From Candidatus Jordarchaeia archaeon (GTDB lineage: Archaea > Asgardarchaeota > Jordiarchaeia > Jordiarchaeales > Jordiarchaeaceae), in NCBI GenBank assembly GCA_029856435.1, contig JAHQXB010000158.1, forward strand, positions 1-36,347: DNA of 36,347 nt. Direction: 5' to 3'. The first letter of the stretch is position 1. Each line of letters opens with the position of its first letter. Below the pieces are notes generated by a model. The model was given only the letters and a program-made list of their open reading frames with translations, ran no database searches and had not been told where the DNA came from. Below, piece after piece: positions 17,711 through 27,772 of this stretch. A program made the translations under genes and the position numbers.

Positions 17711-17786
17711 GACCTGACAATGATTACAAAAATCCAATTTACCATTCTAAGTTTCAGCTGTGGAAATAATAGTAAAGACGTAGGAG

Positions 17787-18863
17787 GTGCAAGAAATTAT
17801 AGAGATAGACGGAAGCCAAGGAGAGGGTGGAGGACAACTTCTTAGAACAGGTGTGGCCCTCTCAGCTCTGGTGAATAAACCTGTTAAAATTTATAACATA
17901 CGCGCTAAGAGGTCAGAACCCGGACTTAAAGCTCAACACGCCACCGCAATAAATGCATTAGCCAAAATAACCCAGGCCCAAGTAACAGGGATTAAAATCG
18001 GATCAGACACCATAACTTTTACTCCCAATAGGCCTCAAGGAGGCGAATTCAAATTTGATATTGGCACAGCAGGATCAATTAGCCTCGTTCTCCAAACTAT
18101 AATGCCCTGTGCCGCCTTCGCCCAATCACAGACCAAACTAGAAATCAGAGGCGGAACAGACGTGGCTTGGAGCCCACCCATAGATTATATAACCAATGTT
18201 ACTCTGCCAATTCTGGCAAAAATGGGTTACCGGTCAGAAATCGTAACTATTAGAAGAGGGCATTACCCTCGGGGAGGAGGGTTGGTAAAAGCCACTTTAA
18301 CCCCTGTCCAGAAATTGTTTCCACTAAACTTGATGGAAAGAGGAGAAATACTTAGAATTAGGGGAATCTCGCACGCTGTAAAGTTACCCCAACATGTTAG
18401 TCAAAGGCAGGCAGATGCGGCAGTAAAAAAGTTGAAGAAAGCGGGTTTTGAAAATGTAGAAATTAAGCTAGAGTGGTATGAGAAGGAGAAGGATCCACAC
18501 TTGGGCTCTGGATCTGGTATCGTATTATGGGCAGAAACCTCCTCAGGAAGCGTGATTGGTGCAGATGTACTGGGTGAGAAGGGTAAACCGGCAGAGAAAG
18601 TAGGTGAGGAAGCGGCAGACAGACTCTTGAGAGAAATTAATAGAAACGCGCCTATAGATTCCCATATGGGTGATATGCTGATTCCCTACCTTGCAGTCGC
18701 AGACGGCGTATCCCAAATAAAAGTTTCTGAATTAACTCTTCACCTACTGAGCAACATTTGGGTTACTGAAAAAATCTTAAACGTTAAATTCAGTGTCACA
18801 GGTAAGGAAGGAGAATCCGGAACAATCAGTGTTAAGGGAATAAATCTACAGAATCCCGTCTAA
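17787..18863 (+). CDS. rtcA: RNA 3'-terminal phosphate cyclase
   Basis: IDGSQGEGGGQLLRT, GLKAQH, GGTDVAWSP, RRGHYPRGGG, DSHMGDML (catalytic His). Confidence 0.95.
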   Translation: MQEIIEIDGSQGEGGGQLLRTGVALSALVNKPVKIYNIRAKRSEPGLKAQHATAINALAKITQAQVTGIKIGSDTITFTPNRPQGGEFKFDIGTAGSISLVLQTIMPCAAFAQSQTKLEIRGGTDVAWSPPIDYITNVTLPILAKMGYRSEIVTIRRGHYPRGGGLVKATLTPVQKLFPLNLMERGEILRIRGISHAVKLPQHVSQRQADAAVKKLKKAGFENVEIKLEWYEKEKDPHLGSGSGIVLWAETSSGSVIGADVLGEKGKPAEKVGEEAADRLLREINRNAPIDSHMGDMLIPYLAVADGVSQIKVSELTLHLLSNIWVTEKILNVKFSVTGKEGESGTISVKGINLQNPV

Positions 18864-19002
18864 GCCACTTTCTCAAAGGTTATTGATTCAAAAATAATAT
18901 AAACTATCATGTTTAATTATGCTGTCTAGGGGCTTAGCTCAAATTGTTCTTCTCAAAATCTTATTTTTTCAATCTTTTTGCGCATTTCTTACAAATTAGT
19001 CG

Positions 19003-19422
19003 TTAATCCACTTTTACTTTGTCTAATTTTTCCGATTTGCTTTTTTTGGGGATGTGAATTTCTAGAACTCCATTGTTTCCCGAGTATTTGGCTTTAATAC
19101 TGTTGACATCGATTTTTTCGGGAAATGTGAAGCGTCTTTTAATGGAACCTTGAGGTCTCTCTCGTAGAAGATATCTGACTGGTCCAAAATCTGGGCTTTG
19201 GATATCTACTGAGAGATCCAGATAGTTATCTGCAGCATTCAAGATGATTTTGTTCTTGTCCGCTCCTGGCAGGTCAATGAAAACTGTGTATTCCGCTTCG
19301 GATTCTATTATATCTGCGAGAGGAAATTCTATTTCCTGCTTTTTCTCTAGAGCTTGCCGAAGCTCATTTTCCAACCTTTTTATAATCATGAACAGGTTTT
19401 CAGCGGAGGGCTCTCTTTTCAT
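19003..19422 (-). CDS. Hsp20/alpha-crystallin small heat-shock protein
   Basis: DIIESEAEYTVFIDLPG, RRFTFPEKID, AKY..NGVLEIHIPK. Confidence 0.9.
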   Translation of the reverse strand: MKREPSAENLFMIIKRLENELRQALEKKQEIEFPLADIIESEAEYTVFIDLPGADKNKIILNAADNYLDLSVDIQSPDFGPVRYLLRERPQGSIKRRFTFPEKIDVNSIKAKYSGNNGVLEIHIPKKSKSEKLDKVKVD

Positions 19423-20431
19423 ATTTCACCTCTCCTTGGAGTTTACTGTACCTCATTACCGCCTCAATTGTTTCCCGCACTCCGATATTCTGAATTGCTA
19501 CCATCCTGATTGGATTATCCAACTTTCTTTCAACTTCTTCTAAATGCTCATTATCCATTAAATCCACCTTATTAATTACAATGACTATTGGTAGCGTGGG
19601 GAACATGGCTTTTATTTCACTCAGCAGTTCTAATTGTGGCTCTATGGGGTAGCCGCAGCTTAAAGTTGGGTCTATAATAAATACGACTACGTTAGCAATG
19701 TGGCGAATAGCCGCTATGGCTTGAAGTTCTATCTTGTTTCTCTGATTCATGGGTCTATCGAGGATGCCGGGAGTATCAATTATTTGGCAACGCTGGTCGT
19801 TGTAGGAAAAATGGCCCAAAATGATCTTTTTTGTTGTAAAGGGGTATTCTGCGATTTCAGGCTTTGCTGAAGAAACGCTTCTGACAAAAGAGCTTTTACC
19901 GGTGTTAGGATATCCTGCAACAACAACTGTAAACTCGTCAGTACTAATTGTGGGAAGTTTTGACAGTGTTTTTGTGGCTTCTATTAAAAAATCTAGTTTT
20001 TTCCCCCTCTTCTCAATCACTGAGGAAATTCTGGCATAAGCCTCTATTCTAGCCTTCGCCGCGGATTTAGGGCTTTCCGAAAATTTTATCTCCCTAACTT
20101 TTTCTTTACCAATTTTTTTAATTACCCGGGATATGCCTTCAAGAGAGGCTAGAGCCTCTTTTAACCTACCAATACCCACAAGAACATCCGCCAACTCATA
20201 ATAAAATGGGTGAATCTTATCCAGATTTGGAAAAGTTTTCACAATACTCGTCAAATACCTTTCGAGACTGTCTGAAATAAACTTGACACGCGCCGCTTCG
20301 CGCTTCCTCGCCTTAACAATGAAGGGGTCACGTTTAGGGACATTTAGGGATAGACGCGAAGCCCTGTGGAAAACTATATCAAGAAGTTCCTGTGGCCTAT
20401 GGATCTTCTTGATTTTTGAAAAGGGCTGCAT
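19400..20431 (-). CDS. NOG1-family ribosome-biogenesis GTPase
   Basis: GYPNTGKS, YPFTTK, DTPGILDRP, NKVD; 3' end overlaps the hsp20 start. Confidence 0.92.
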   Translation of the reverse strand: MQPFSKIKKIHRPQELLDIVFHRASRLSLNVPKRDPFIVKARKREAARVKFISDSLERYLTSIVKTFPNLDKIHPFYYELADVLVGIGRLKEALASLEGISRVIKKIGKEKVREIKFSESPKSAAKARIEAYARISSVIEKRGKKLDFLIEATKTLSKLPTISTDEFTVVVAGYPNTGKSSFVRSVSSAKPEIAEYPFTTKKIILGHFSYNDQRCQIIDTPGILDRPMNQRNKIELQAIAAIRHIANVVVFIIDPTLSCGYPIEPQLELLSEIKAMFPTLPIVIVINKVDLMDNEHLEEVERKLDNPIRMVAIQNIGVRETIEAVMRYSKLQGEVKYEKRALR

Positions 20432-20677
20432 CTTTCATATCCCTCAATAAACAAACAAAAAAAGACACTTAACTCTATCGGCAAGCAGCTAAGAGAAAAT
20501 ATAAAATTTTTCAATTTTCACCTCCGTGAGTTTACTATAATTTAAATTTTTAACAAATTAAACTTTTGAACAGAAATTATTAAAAGGTGATAATTAGATT
20601 GAAATTGTAGTGTGTTAATTTTCTCACAAAAAGTTTTTATTTGCCGAATAATTCATGGGTTTAAGGAGAGAATCAAA

Positions 20678-21277
20678 ATGTCTGGTTATCCAGAGAGTGC
20701 AACAATAGTTGGAATAGTTTGCAAAGACGGCGTGGTGCTAGCCGCAGAAAAACGTGTTACTTATGGTAGGCTTATCCTGAGCCGTACTGGTAAGAAGGTT
20801 TTCAAGATTACTGACAGAATAGGCATTGCGGTCGCAGGGCTAGTGGCCGATATGCAAGTTTTATCTAAGGAACTCGAAGCAATGAGTAGAATGTACTCTA
20901 TGGAGATGCGTAAACCAATAAGTGTTCGCTCCGCAGCTACACTCCTATCAAATATACTTTACGAAAGAAAAATGGTGCCCTTCTTCAGTCAAACAATAAT
21001 CGGTGGGCTTGATGATGGAGAACCGACAATTTATACCCTAGATCCATTAGGTTCACTATTAAAGGACACTTATGCAGCAGCTGGTTCAGGTTCAGAGATA
21101 GCTCTGGGAACCCTAGAAAGACACTACAAAGAAAAAATGAGCGTGAATGAGGGAAAAGACCTCGCAGTGCGAGCAATTAGGGCCGCAGCAAAAAGAGATG
21201 TTCTTTCAGGAGAAGGAATAGACATTATGGTCATAACCGACAAGGGAATAGAAATATCTGAGGAAAGCATCACCTAA
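20678..21277 (+). CDS. psmB: Proteasome beta subunit, non-catalytic type (Thr1 position is Ala); start moved to ATG 20678
   Basis: ATIVGIVCKDGVVLAAEKR, AGLVADMQ, AGSGSEIALG, RDVLSG; AAGGAG RBS. Confidence 0.92.
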   Translation: MSGYPESATIVGIVCKDGVVLAAEKRVTYGRLILSRTGKKVFKITDRIGIAVAGLVADMQVLSKELEAMSRMYSMEMRKPISVRSAATLLSNILYERKMVPFFSQTIIGGLDDGEPTIYTLDPLGSLLKDTYAAAGSGSEIALGTLERHYKEKMSVNEGKDLAVRAIRAAAKRDVLSGEGIDIMVITDKGIEISEESIT

Positions 21278-21464
21278 ATTACTCAGGCAACCCTCCTTTT
21301 TCTTAATAAACAACTGATCTATGGAGCTAAAAATCGAAAAGCACTAATTCTATTGATTATATCTCCCCTAATGTAAACTAATTTCTAACCTAAAATACCC
21401 TTAGAAAACATTTCTATGACACGGATTTGTTCATCTTGAAAAATATTTTGCTTGGAGAATCGAA

Positions 21465-22415
21465 ATGCCCGAATCAATAGAGAAAATGGCCTCTAGATCA
21501 AGTAGAGCTTTAGTTTTTGGAGTAGGCGGTGGCGGGGACATTCTGGGTACACTGCCAACAAGTGAATATTTGAATACTCTAGGAGTGGAGACAATTCTGG
21601 GGGGTGTGAGCTGGGAACGTGTAGTCTTTGACCCAAAACCTGGACCGAGATCACTAGAAGAGATACAAAATATAGAAAAAATATCTGATAGCACCGCCTA
21701 TACGTATAAAGACTCTCATACCCGCGAAGGGGTGTACTTTCAGTGTAGTAACATGGCTAATTTTCTTAATAAGAGGACAATAATTGTTGATGTTTCAAAA
21801 ACCGCGAGGGAAATCTCAAGAGGGCTGCAGGAAACTGCGGAGAAGCTTGACTTGAACCTAATAATCGGTGTAGATGTGGGAGGAGACATTCTAGCCGGAG
21901 GATCTGAGCCTGGGCTGAGGAGCCCCCTTTGCGACGGTACGATACTTGCCGCCCTTAGTTTACTGAAAATTCCAACAGCCATAGCTGTTTTTGGTTCAGG
22001 TTGTGACGGGGAACTTACCTTGGATGAGCTTATTGGGAGGTACGAGCTTGTAGCCAAGAAATCTGGATATTTGGGTGCGCGAGGCATGACTCCCGATGAT
22101 TTTTCAATTATGAGTAAAGCCGTAAAGTATGTTAAAACCGAAGCCAGCCTTCTCCCTCTAAAAGCTTGGAAGGGAGAGCACGGAGTTTTCAAAATTAGAG
22201 ATGGTGCCCGTAGCGTAAATCTCTCAATCATCTCAACCATTAGCTTTTATTTTGATACTAAGACTGTCTATAGTTTGAGCCCCATCGGGAAGGCTCTCAG
22301 GAATGCCAAAAATTTTCAAGATGCAAACAAAAGACTTCATAGACTTGGCCTAACTACAGAATACGACTTTGAGTTAAACTATCTGAAAAATGGTAAAAGT
22401 GCAGGTATGGGATGA
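21465..22415 (+). CDS. DUF1152 family protein
   Basis: GVGGGGDI, GVDVGGDILA.G.E.GLRSPL.D, G.GCDGEL. Confidence 0.8.
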   Translation: MPESIEKMASRSSRALVFGVGGGGDILGTLPTSEYLNTLGVETILGGVSWERVVFDPKPGPRSLEEIQNIEKISDSTAYTYKDSHTREGVYFQCSNMANFLNKRTIIVDVSKTAREISRGLQETAEKLDLNLIIGVDVGGDILAGGSEPGLRSPLCDGTILAALSLLKIPTAIAVFGSGCDGELTLDELIGRYELVAKKSGYLGARGMTPDDFSIMSKAVKYVKTEASLLPLKAWKGEHGVFKIRDGARSVNLSIISTISFYFDTKTVYSLSPIGKALRNAKNFQDANKRLHRLGLTTEYDFELNYLKNGKSAGMG

Positions 22416-22439
22416 GCTTTCATCTTTTTTTCTCCTTTT

Positions 22440-23708
22440 TCAGATTTGAAAATCACTAATCCTTTTTGAAGCCTTCATCTGCGAGTCGAAAAATCCCCAA
22501 ATCCTGCCGCCGCGGCCGATTTCATATAAATCTCTGAGCACATCCTTGTCTAAGGGTGCAGGTTTGCTTTTAGCTAGGGGCGTTCCTGCAAGTGGTATGA
22601 AGTAGTGAAGCCTAGCCTTAACTTCACGTTTCTTCAAAAGGTTTTTAATAACTTCGTAAGTCGTATATTGGTCTTCCCTTGTTTCTGATGGGAAACCCAG
22701 AAGAAAATCTACAGAGGCGCCTAAACCATTTTTTACTGCGCAATCCACTGCTGCGTAAACATCCTCTACTGAGTGTCCCCTATTCATTAATTTGAGTATG
22801 CGGTTGCTTCCAGACTGAGCCCCTATGGCAATAGTTTTGTTACTGCAGTACTCTGAAATAATTCCTGCCACTTCTTCATCAAAATTTTCAGGTCTGCCTT
22901 CTGAGGGAAATGTGCAGAAGAAGACCCGGGTATTATCATATGATTTTATAATTCTTAGTAAACCTTCAATAGCTTTGGGGTCTGCTTTTTTTCCATCTTG
23001 GGAACCGTAACAGAGTGAGTTTGGACTAATAAATCTAATATCGACGCTTCTTCTATTTCTAAACCGTTTTTCGTAGGCTTCTACATGTTTTTTTACGGCT
23101 TCTAAACTTCTATGAAGCATTTTTCCACCGAAAATATAGGAAACTTCACAGTACCTGCACCCATGAGGACAGCCCCTACTAATCTCAATGGGCGGAAACA
23201 TATCAAACTTTTCCGAGAAACCATAAAATTCATCCAGAGATAATTCTCTTGGCTTGTTTGACACCACTTCGTTGCCAAGAAGATACGCGATTCCTGGAGT
23301 ATTGTAAATTGGCTTATTCACTTGAACATTATAGATTAAGTCTGGAAAACTAGCTTCACCCGGACCCACGACTACCACATCAAAACCCATTTTCAGAGTT
23401 CCTCTAACGTCTCCAGTGGCGTGGGGCCCCCCTGCAACTAGGATAAAGTTCTCTCTCCCAAGCTGGTTAATGCAACCTAAAATTTTTTTTAACTCTACCA
23501 GAATTATCGGAGTCTGCGTAGTGAAAAAAGAATATGCAAAAACTACTCTCCCATACTCTTCAAACATCCTCCTGATGCTGTCCTCTGTTAGAACTCTGGC
23601 ATCTCTAATGATGCTTATGGGTGTAGTACCAAATCTTTTATCCCTTTCCAGTGCTCCCAGCAGGGGAGCAAAACTGTACCAATTTTGTTTAAAAATTCTT
23701 AGAACCAA
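22440..23708 (-). CDS. B12-binding-domain radical SAM protein (TIGR04013-like)
   Basis: AGGPHATG, G.GE, PIEISRGCPHGCRYC, IGAQSGS. Confidence 0.85.
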   Translation of the reverse strand: MVLRIFKQNWYSFAPLLGALERDKRFGTTPISIIRDARVLTEDSIRRMFEEYGRVVFAYSFFTTQTPIILVELKKILGCINQLGRENFILVAGGPHATGDVRGTLKMGFDVVVVGPGEASFPDLIYNVQVNKPIYNTPGIAYLLGNEVVSNKPRELSLDEFYGFSEKFDMFPPIEISRGCPHGCRYCEVSYIFGGKMLHRSLEAVKKHVEAYEKRFRNRRSVDIRFISPNSLCYGSQDGKKADPKAIEGLLRIIKSYDNTRVFFCTFPSEGRPENFDEEVAGIISEYCSNKTIAIGAQSGSNRILKLMNRGHSVEDVYAAVDCAVKNGLGASVDFLLGFPSETREDQYTTYEVIKNLLKKREVKARLHYFIPLAGTPLAKSKPAPLDKDVLRDLYEIGRGGRIWGFFDSQMKASKRISDFQI

Positions 23709-23769
23709 TAGAAACTTCGTCCACCCCCTTTTTTGGGCTAAAGGGCACTAGGGTTCCACTCTAGCTGTA

Positions 23770-24110
23770 GAAATTTCTGGTGTTTTTTCCGTTTTTCATT
23801 CAATCCAGAACCGGTGTCGGTCGGTATTTTTGTAATTCTCTGCTGTTTAGGCAGTTACCCCTGTCTTTGGGGTCGTCGTGCTTGGGATGTTGACGATACG
23901 CAGACGTACTTTATGTTCTCTCTCTGTTTGTGGATGTGGAGCAGTCGCTTGATTTTACTTTGGAGTATCCATCTCTTGAACCGCCGGCTGTTGTGAATGC
24001 TTGTAGCTTGTTCTGTTTACCCTATTTCTGGATGGTTTGTGTCGTGGTGTCTAGTGGTTGTTTTGTCTCTTTTGGGTTGTGTAATCGCTCCATGGGCATC
24101 CGGCTGTAGT
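23770..24110 (-). pseudogene. Possible decayed gene or transposase remnant
   Basis: Strong strand-biased composition; minus-strand frames broken by stops, one reading ...VRLRIVNIP...DRHRFWIE*, reminiscent of the IS4/IS5 Y-x2-R-x3-E motif. Confidence 0.25.
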
Positions 24111-24450
24111 TCAGCGTAATTCTATTGGAACACCGCTATTTTAGAACTGTTAGCATAAGGCGAATCAATCGTACACAGTATTCTAAAAAAATAAATTTTT
24201 TCAACTATTTTTTGCGAACGATTTCCTCTAGCTTACTCAAAGAAGGAACCATAATCCAATATCCTATTTCCACCTCTTAGCCTTTAATTGGGTTTCGGAA
24301 CTTAAATAAATATGGAAGCCAAAAATATTATTGACATTTCACGGGAATCCACTGTTCTAAAAGAAAAAAATACGAAATTTCATGAATTTAAATAGAGGCG
24401 CCCCGGATTAGAAAAGGTAGTCCTTTGCTCGAACTGTAGGAGGAAGGACC

Positions 24451-25047
24451 TTGCCCGGTTATGAAAAAAAATACATTGGACTAAACACAAATATGGAAGC
24501 GGTTTTTGAGGATCTTAAAGCCTTTTTCACGGATCAGGGATTCAAAATTAAATCCTTAAATAAAAAAAAGGGAATTATGGAAGTCCAGACGGAAAGCGAC
24601 GTGGATAAGAGCTATGGCAAAATTTCTTTTATTGGGAACCCTAATGATTACGTAGCCCGGGTTGACTGGGAAGCAACACTAAGAAAAGTTTTCTGGATAA
24701 ATTTCAGCAATAAGTTACATGACCAGATAAAGAAAAATAGTAACCCTGAAAAGCAGGGAGAAATAAAGGGAGAAAGTTGGTCCCCCTCAGAAGAGATTAC
24801 AGGAAAACTGGATTGGAGGAGGGTTCCCGACGATCCAGAGTTGGCGAAGCTGAGAAAGGAAGCAGAAAAGGAGCTAGATGGTAAACGCAGTGTTCTTCTT
24901 GCACAAGCGGAAACCTACGAGATGGAGGGAGAAATAAAGGAAGCATTAAAACTCTACAAAATGGCAATTATAATATCAAAAGACTTGGGTGAAAAAGTCT
25001 ACGCCGAAATGTTTGAATCAAAAATTAACGAACTCCAAAAAAAGTAA
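24451..25047 (+). CDS. Hypothetical protein with C-terminal TPR-like helical pair
   Basis: TTG start with GGAGG RBS; LAQAETYEMEGEIKEALKLYKMA is TPR-like. Confidence 0.7.
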   Translation: MPGYEKKYIGLNTNMEAVFEDLKAFFTDQGFKIKSLNKKKGIMEVQTESDVDKSYGKISFIGNPNDYVARVDWEATLRKVFWINFSNKLHDQIKKNSNPEKQGEIKGESWSPSEEITGKLDWRRVPDDPELAKLRKEAEKELDGKRSVLLAQAETYEMEGEIKEALKLYKMAIIISKDLGEKVYAEMFESKINELQKK

Positions 25048-25141
25048 AGTAAAAATTTTCCCTTCAACATAAGAATACAATGCGCTTCTCAACATTTTGA
25101 GGAATGCCAATTTAACGAATCCAAATTTTTGGGGAACTATT

Positions 25142-25297
25142 TTAGGTTGTTTTTCTTAGGAATTCTCGTCGCCTAATTACTTTTCCAGAAGATTCTATTT
25201 CCTCGAAAACTTTTACATGTTTATTTTTGTCTGACTTTTTTCCCTCCGCTCTTTCTTGCAGTGTGGCCCACCTGTCCAAAATCTCTAATACATACAT
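25142..25297 (-). CDS. Possible 51-aa charged small protein (not in ORF track)
   Basis: GAGG RBS before ATG; MYVLEILDRWATLQERAEGKKSDKNKHVKVFEEIESSGKVIRRREFLRKTT*; same strand as the upstream operon. Confidence 0.3.
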   Translation of the reverse strand: MYVLEILDRWATLQERAEGKKSDKNKHVKVFEEIESSGKVIRRREFLRKTT

Positions 25298-25387
25298 TTG
25301 GTTTCCTCTGTTTCTCAGTGAAATTAAAATATATTTCCGGTTCTTTTAACATTTTAGTTGAAACCAACCCCTAGTAAAGAAGTGTTC

Positions 25388-25930
25388 CTATTCTAGGGTT
25401 TTGACGAAGTCCTCTGCCTTTTTTCTGAACCTATAGAACGATATGGTAATGAGTGCGGGTGCCAGTATGAGAGAGGAAATTACTGGAACTAGGAAAATCG
25501 GGTTATTAAATATGGCGTAGTTATTGTTTATGACCGCCCAGACAAAGCAGACAAGGGTGAGGTATCCTGCATAAAGAAGCGCTGCCACAGCGATGGCAAT
25601 ATAGCGCCAATCCTCCCATAAAGCGCTCCTTGAAACTAGGGAAGATAGGTTCCATGTCTGAATTACCGCTACCGTAAATAGTATTAACCCTGTGGCTAGA
25701 ACTACCATCACAACGGGACCTACGAGCGGATTCATCCCAAAGAATTCACTTAGAGTCATAATGTCTCCAGTGGTTGAAAGGACTAGAATAAAGGGCCCCA
25801 AAGGGTATTCTATGCCCGTGGCTAGCCTTATAGAAAACTTCAAGACGGGGGCAGGGATTAGCGCCAGTAATACTACAGGTATGATAAGTAATGCTAATAC
25901 AATTATTATTGATTTATAAGCCAACCTCAT
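25388..25930 (-). CDS. Multi-pass (~4 TM) membrane protein
   Basis: Hydrophobic helices; start codon directly abuts the stop of 25931..26872. Confidence 0.75.
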   Translation of the reverse strand: MRLAYKSIIIVLALLIIPVVLLALIPAPVLKFSIRLATGIEYPLGPFILVLSTTGDIMTLSEFFGMNPLVGPVVMVVLATGLILFTVAVIQTWNLSSLVSRSALWEDWRYIAIAVAALLYAGYLTLVCFVWAVINNNYAIFNNPIFLVPVISSLILAPALITISFYRFRKKAEDFVKTLE

Positions 25931-26872
25931 TTATTCAACCTCCCTTAACCATTCTATAGAGTTACCTACTCTTTCAAGAATATTTACGAGTTTAGTTTCA
26001 GGAATTTCAAGGAGACTAGCAATTTCTTCTAATGTTCTTTTTCCATTGCAGAGTCTTCTGAGCTCCTTGTAAAAATTAATGTAAGAGGGATCAATCCCAA
26101 AGAGTAATAAACTTCCCCTATCCAGTCTTTTAATGAGAGGATACTGCTTAACCCTTTTAACTGTGCTTTGACTTATTCCTCGCTGTATGGCTTTCCTAAC
26201 TAGTTCTAGTGGAATTCCTGTTTTTTCAACTATTTCTTGAACTGTTTTTTTACCATCAATTTCATTTAAAACTTTCATCTCTACTTCGTTAAACACCTCC
26301 GAAAGTTTACTTTTTTGTTCATCGGTTTGGAAAACTGGGGAAAAAATTTCATGTTGCAGAATTTCGGATTTAGATCCGTCGAGCGTAAATTTTTCATATA
26401 ACATTAGGCATTCTTCTGCAGGGAGATAACTCAACTTCACAACTATTTGATCAATTCTTTTTGAAAAATGCATAATGTAGGGTGTTTTAGACAAAAGCGC
26501 CCCCAACCCTCCTTCAGTATAGATTGTAATTGCAGCGTTATCTGACAGCTTCCAAATAATTAGGGAGAGATCGCTTCTAGGTATGGCATAACTTCCCTTA
26601 GGATAAGATTCATGATTTTTTTGTACAAAGTTTGATATAAATTCCAGTATCTCCCTTCTCTGAGCCCTGCTACAATAAAATATTTTGCCCTGAGTATTTA
26701 AAATGCAAATGTTTGCTTTTGGAAAGGTTCCAATAACGCTTTCTATTTTTTGAGCAATCTTTTCGAGCTTGCGGAATAACTTTTTTTTCTCCTTTTCGTC
26801 TAAACCATCTTTTTTTAATTCCCTTAATTTATCAAGTCCCCAACTTCTTGAATAGGGGAAATTATTCATCAA
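25931..26872 (-). CDS. Hypothetical protein: N-terminal alpha/beta sensor-like domain plus two winged-helix-like repeats
   Basis: Two similar motifs, IDGKKTVQEIVEKTGIP and CNGKRTLEEIASLLEIP. Confidence 0.7.
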   Translation of the reverse strand: MMNNFPYSRSWGLDKLRELKKDGLDEKEKKKLFRKLEKIAQKIESVIGTFPKANICILNTQGKIFYCSRAQRREILEFISNFVQKNHESYPKGSYAIPRSDLSLIIWKLSDNAAITIYTEGGLGALLSKTPYIMHFSKRIDQIVVKLSYLPAEECLMLYEKFTLDGSKSEILQHEIFSPVFQTDEQKSKLSEVFNEVEMKVLNEIDGKKTVQEIVEKTGIPLELVRKAIQRGISQSTVKRVKQYPLIKRLDRGSLLLFGIDPSYINFYKELRRLCNGKRTLEEIASLLEIPETKLVNILERVGNSIEWLREVE

Positions 26873-26997
26873 AAATTATCCCTACCTACAAAATTGTGGT
26901 CTACCTAATCTCTATATATAAAACGGCTGCTCTCCTTTTCTAAACTTTATTTTTCTAAACAACTTTTACTTATCTCATACGATGGCAAATTTGATAT

Positions 26998-27399
26998 TTA
27001 AACTGGGAGGAGTCTGCCAGTATCCTTCATGCTCATTAACCTATCAAAAATCTTTCTACTAATTATCCCTACGATTTTATCACCGTCCTCCACGGCGATC
27101 CTCTCCGCATCTGTCTGCTGAAAAATCCTCTCAACCTCTATGATAGGAGCATTTCTATTCACCTTATAGACTGGACTTATCATTACATCCTCTGCTATAA
27201 GATCTTGCGGATTCTCTCCCTCAGCTATCACCCGAAAAATTTCCCTATCTGTCACTATTCCCACAATTTCACCTGAATCATCTTCAACTAAAAGTGAACC
27301 AACTTCCTCATTAACCATCATTCTTGCAACCTCTGGGAGAGGATCGTCGGATTTACAGATAACCACATTTTTTCTTGCTATGTCATAAGCTATGGACAC
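26998..27399 (-). CDS. CBS-pair domain protein
   Basis: VGSLLVED..GEIVGIVTDREI and IAVEDGDKIVGIISRK. Confidence 0.9.
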   Translation of the reverse strand: MSIAYDIARKNVVICKSDDPLPEVARMMVNEEVGSLLVEDDSGEIVGIVTDREIFRVIAEGENPQDLIAEDVMISPVYKVNRNAPIIEVERIFQQTDAERIAVEDGDKIVGIISRKIFDRLMSMKDTGRLLPV

Positions 27400-27772
27400 G
27401 GTTTTCAGTCCTCAATTCAATGCGTTAAAATTTAATTTAATGAAGCTCTATTATCCTTAAATTTGTTACCCTAAAATTATGAGCAATTACTAATTGATGA
27501 AGACATTGCAAGAAACTATCTATTAACACGGATTAAAAAATTTATGGATATAATACTTTCATCCCATTTTCCATACCTATGGTTTACTTTGTAGGTTTCA
27601 CAAGTCTGAAAAAATTAGAAGACTTGAATATCTAAATTCTTGTTAGAGGTGTAATTGGGAAAACGGAAAAAAAATAATAAAAGGTATTCAAGCTGCAAAG
27701 GGTAAGAAACATTACCAAAAAGTAGATTTCTAAAGAGGAACTGTTATAGCGTTTGGCTATAAATTGTCACGT

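Noticed and set aside
23844-23854. 11-nt match TGTTTAGGCAG to the MITE B terminal repeat
   Set aside because: It lacks the terminal CATA and a partner end, and could be chance.
27478-27590. Open stretch YEQLLIDEDIARNYLLTRIKKFMDII...
   Set aside because: No start or RBS and no recognisable family; at most an eroded remnant.
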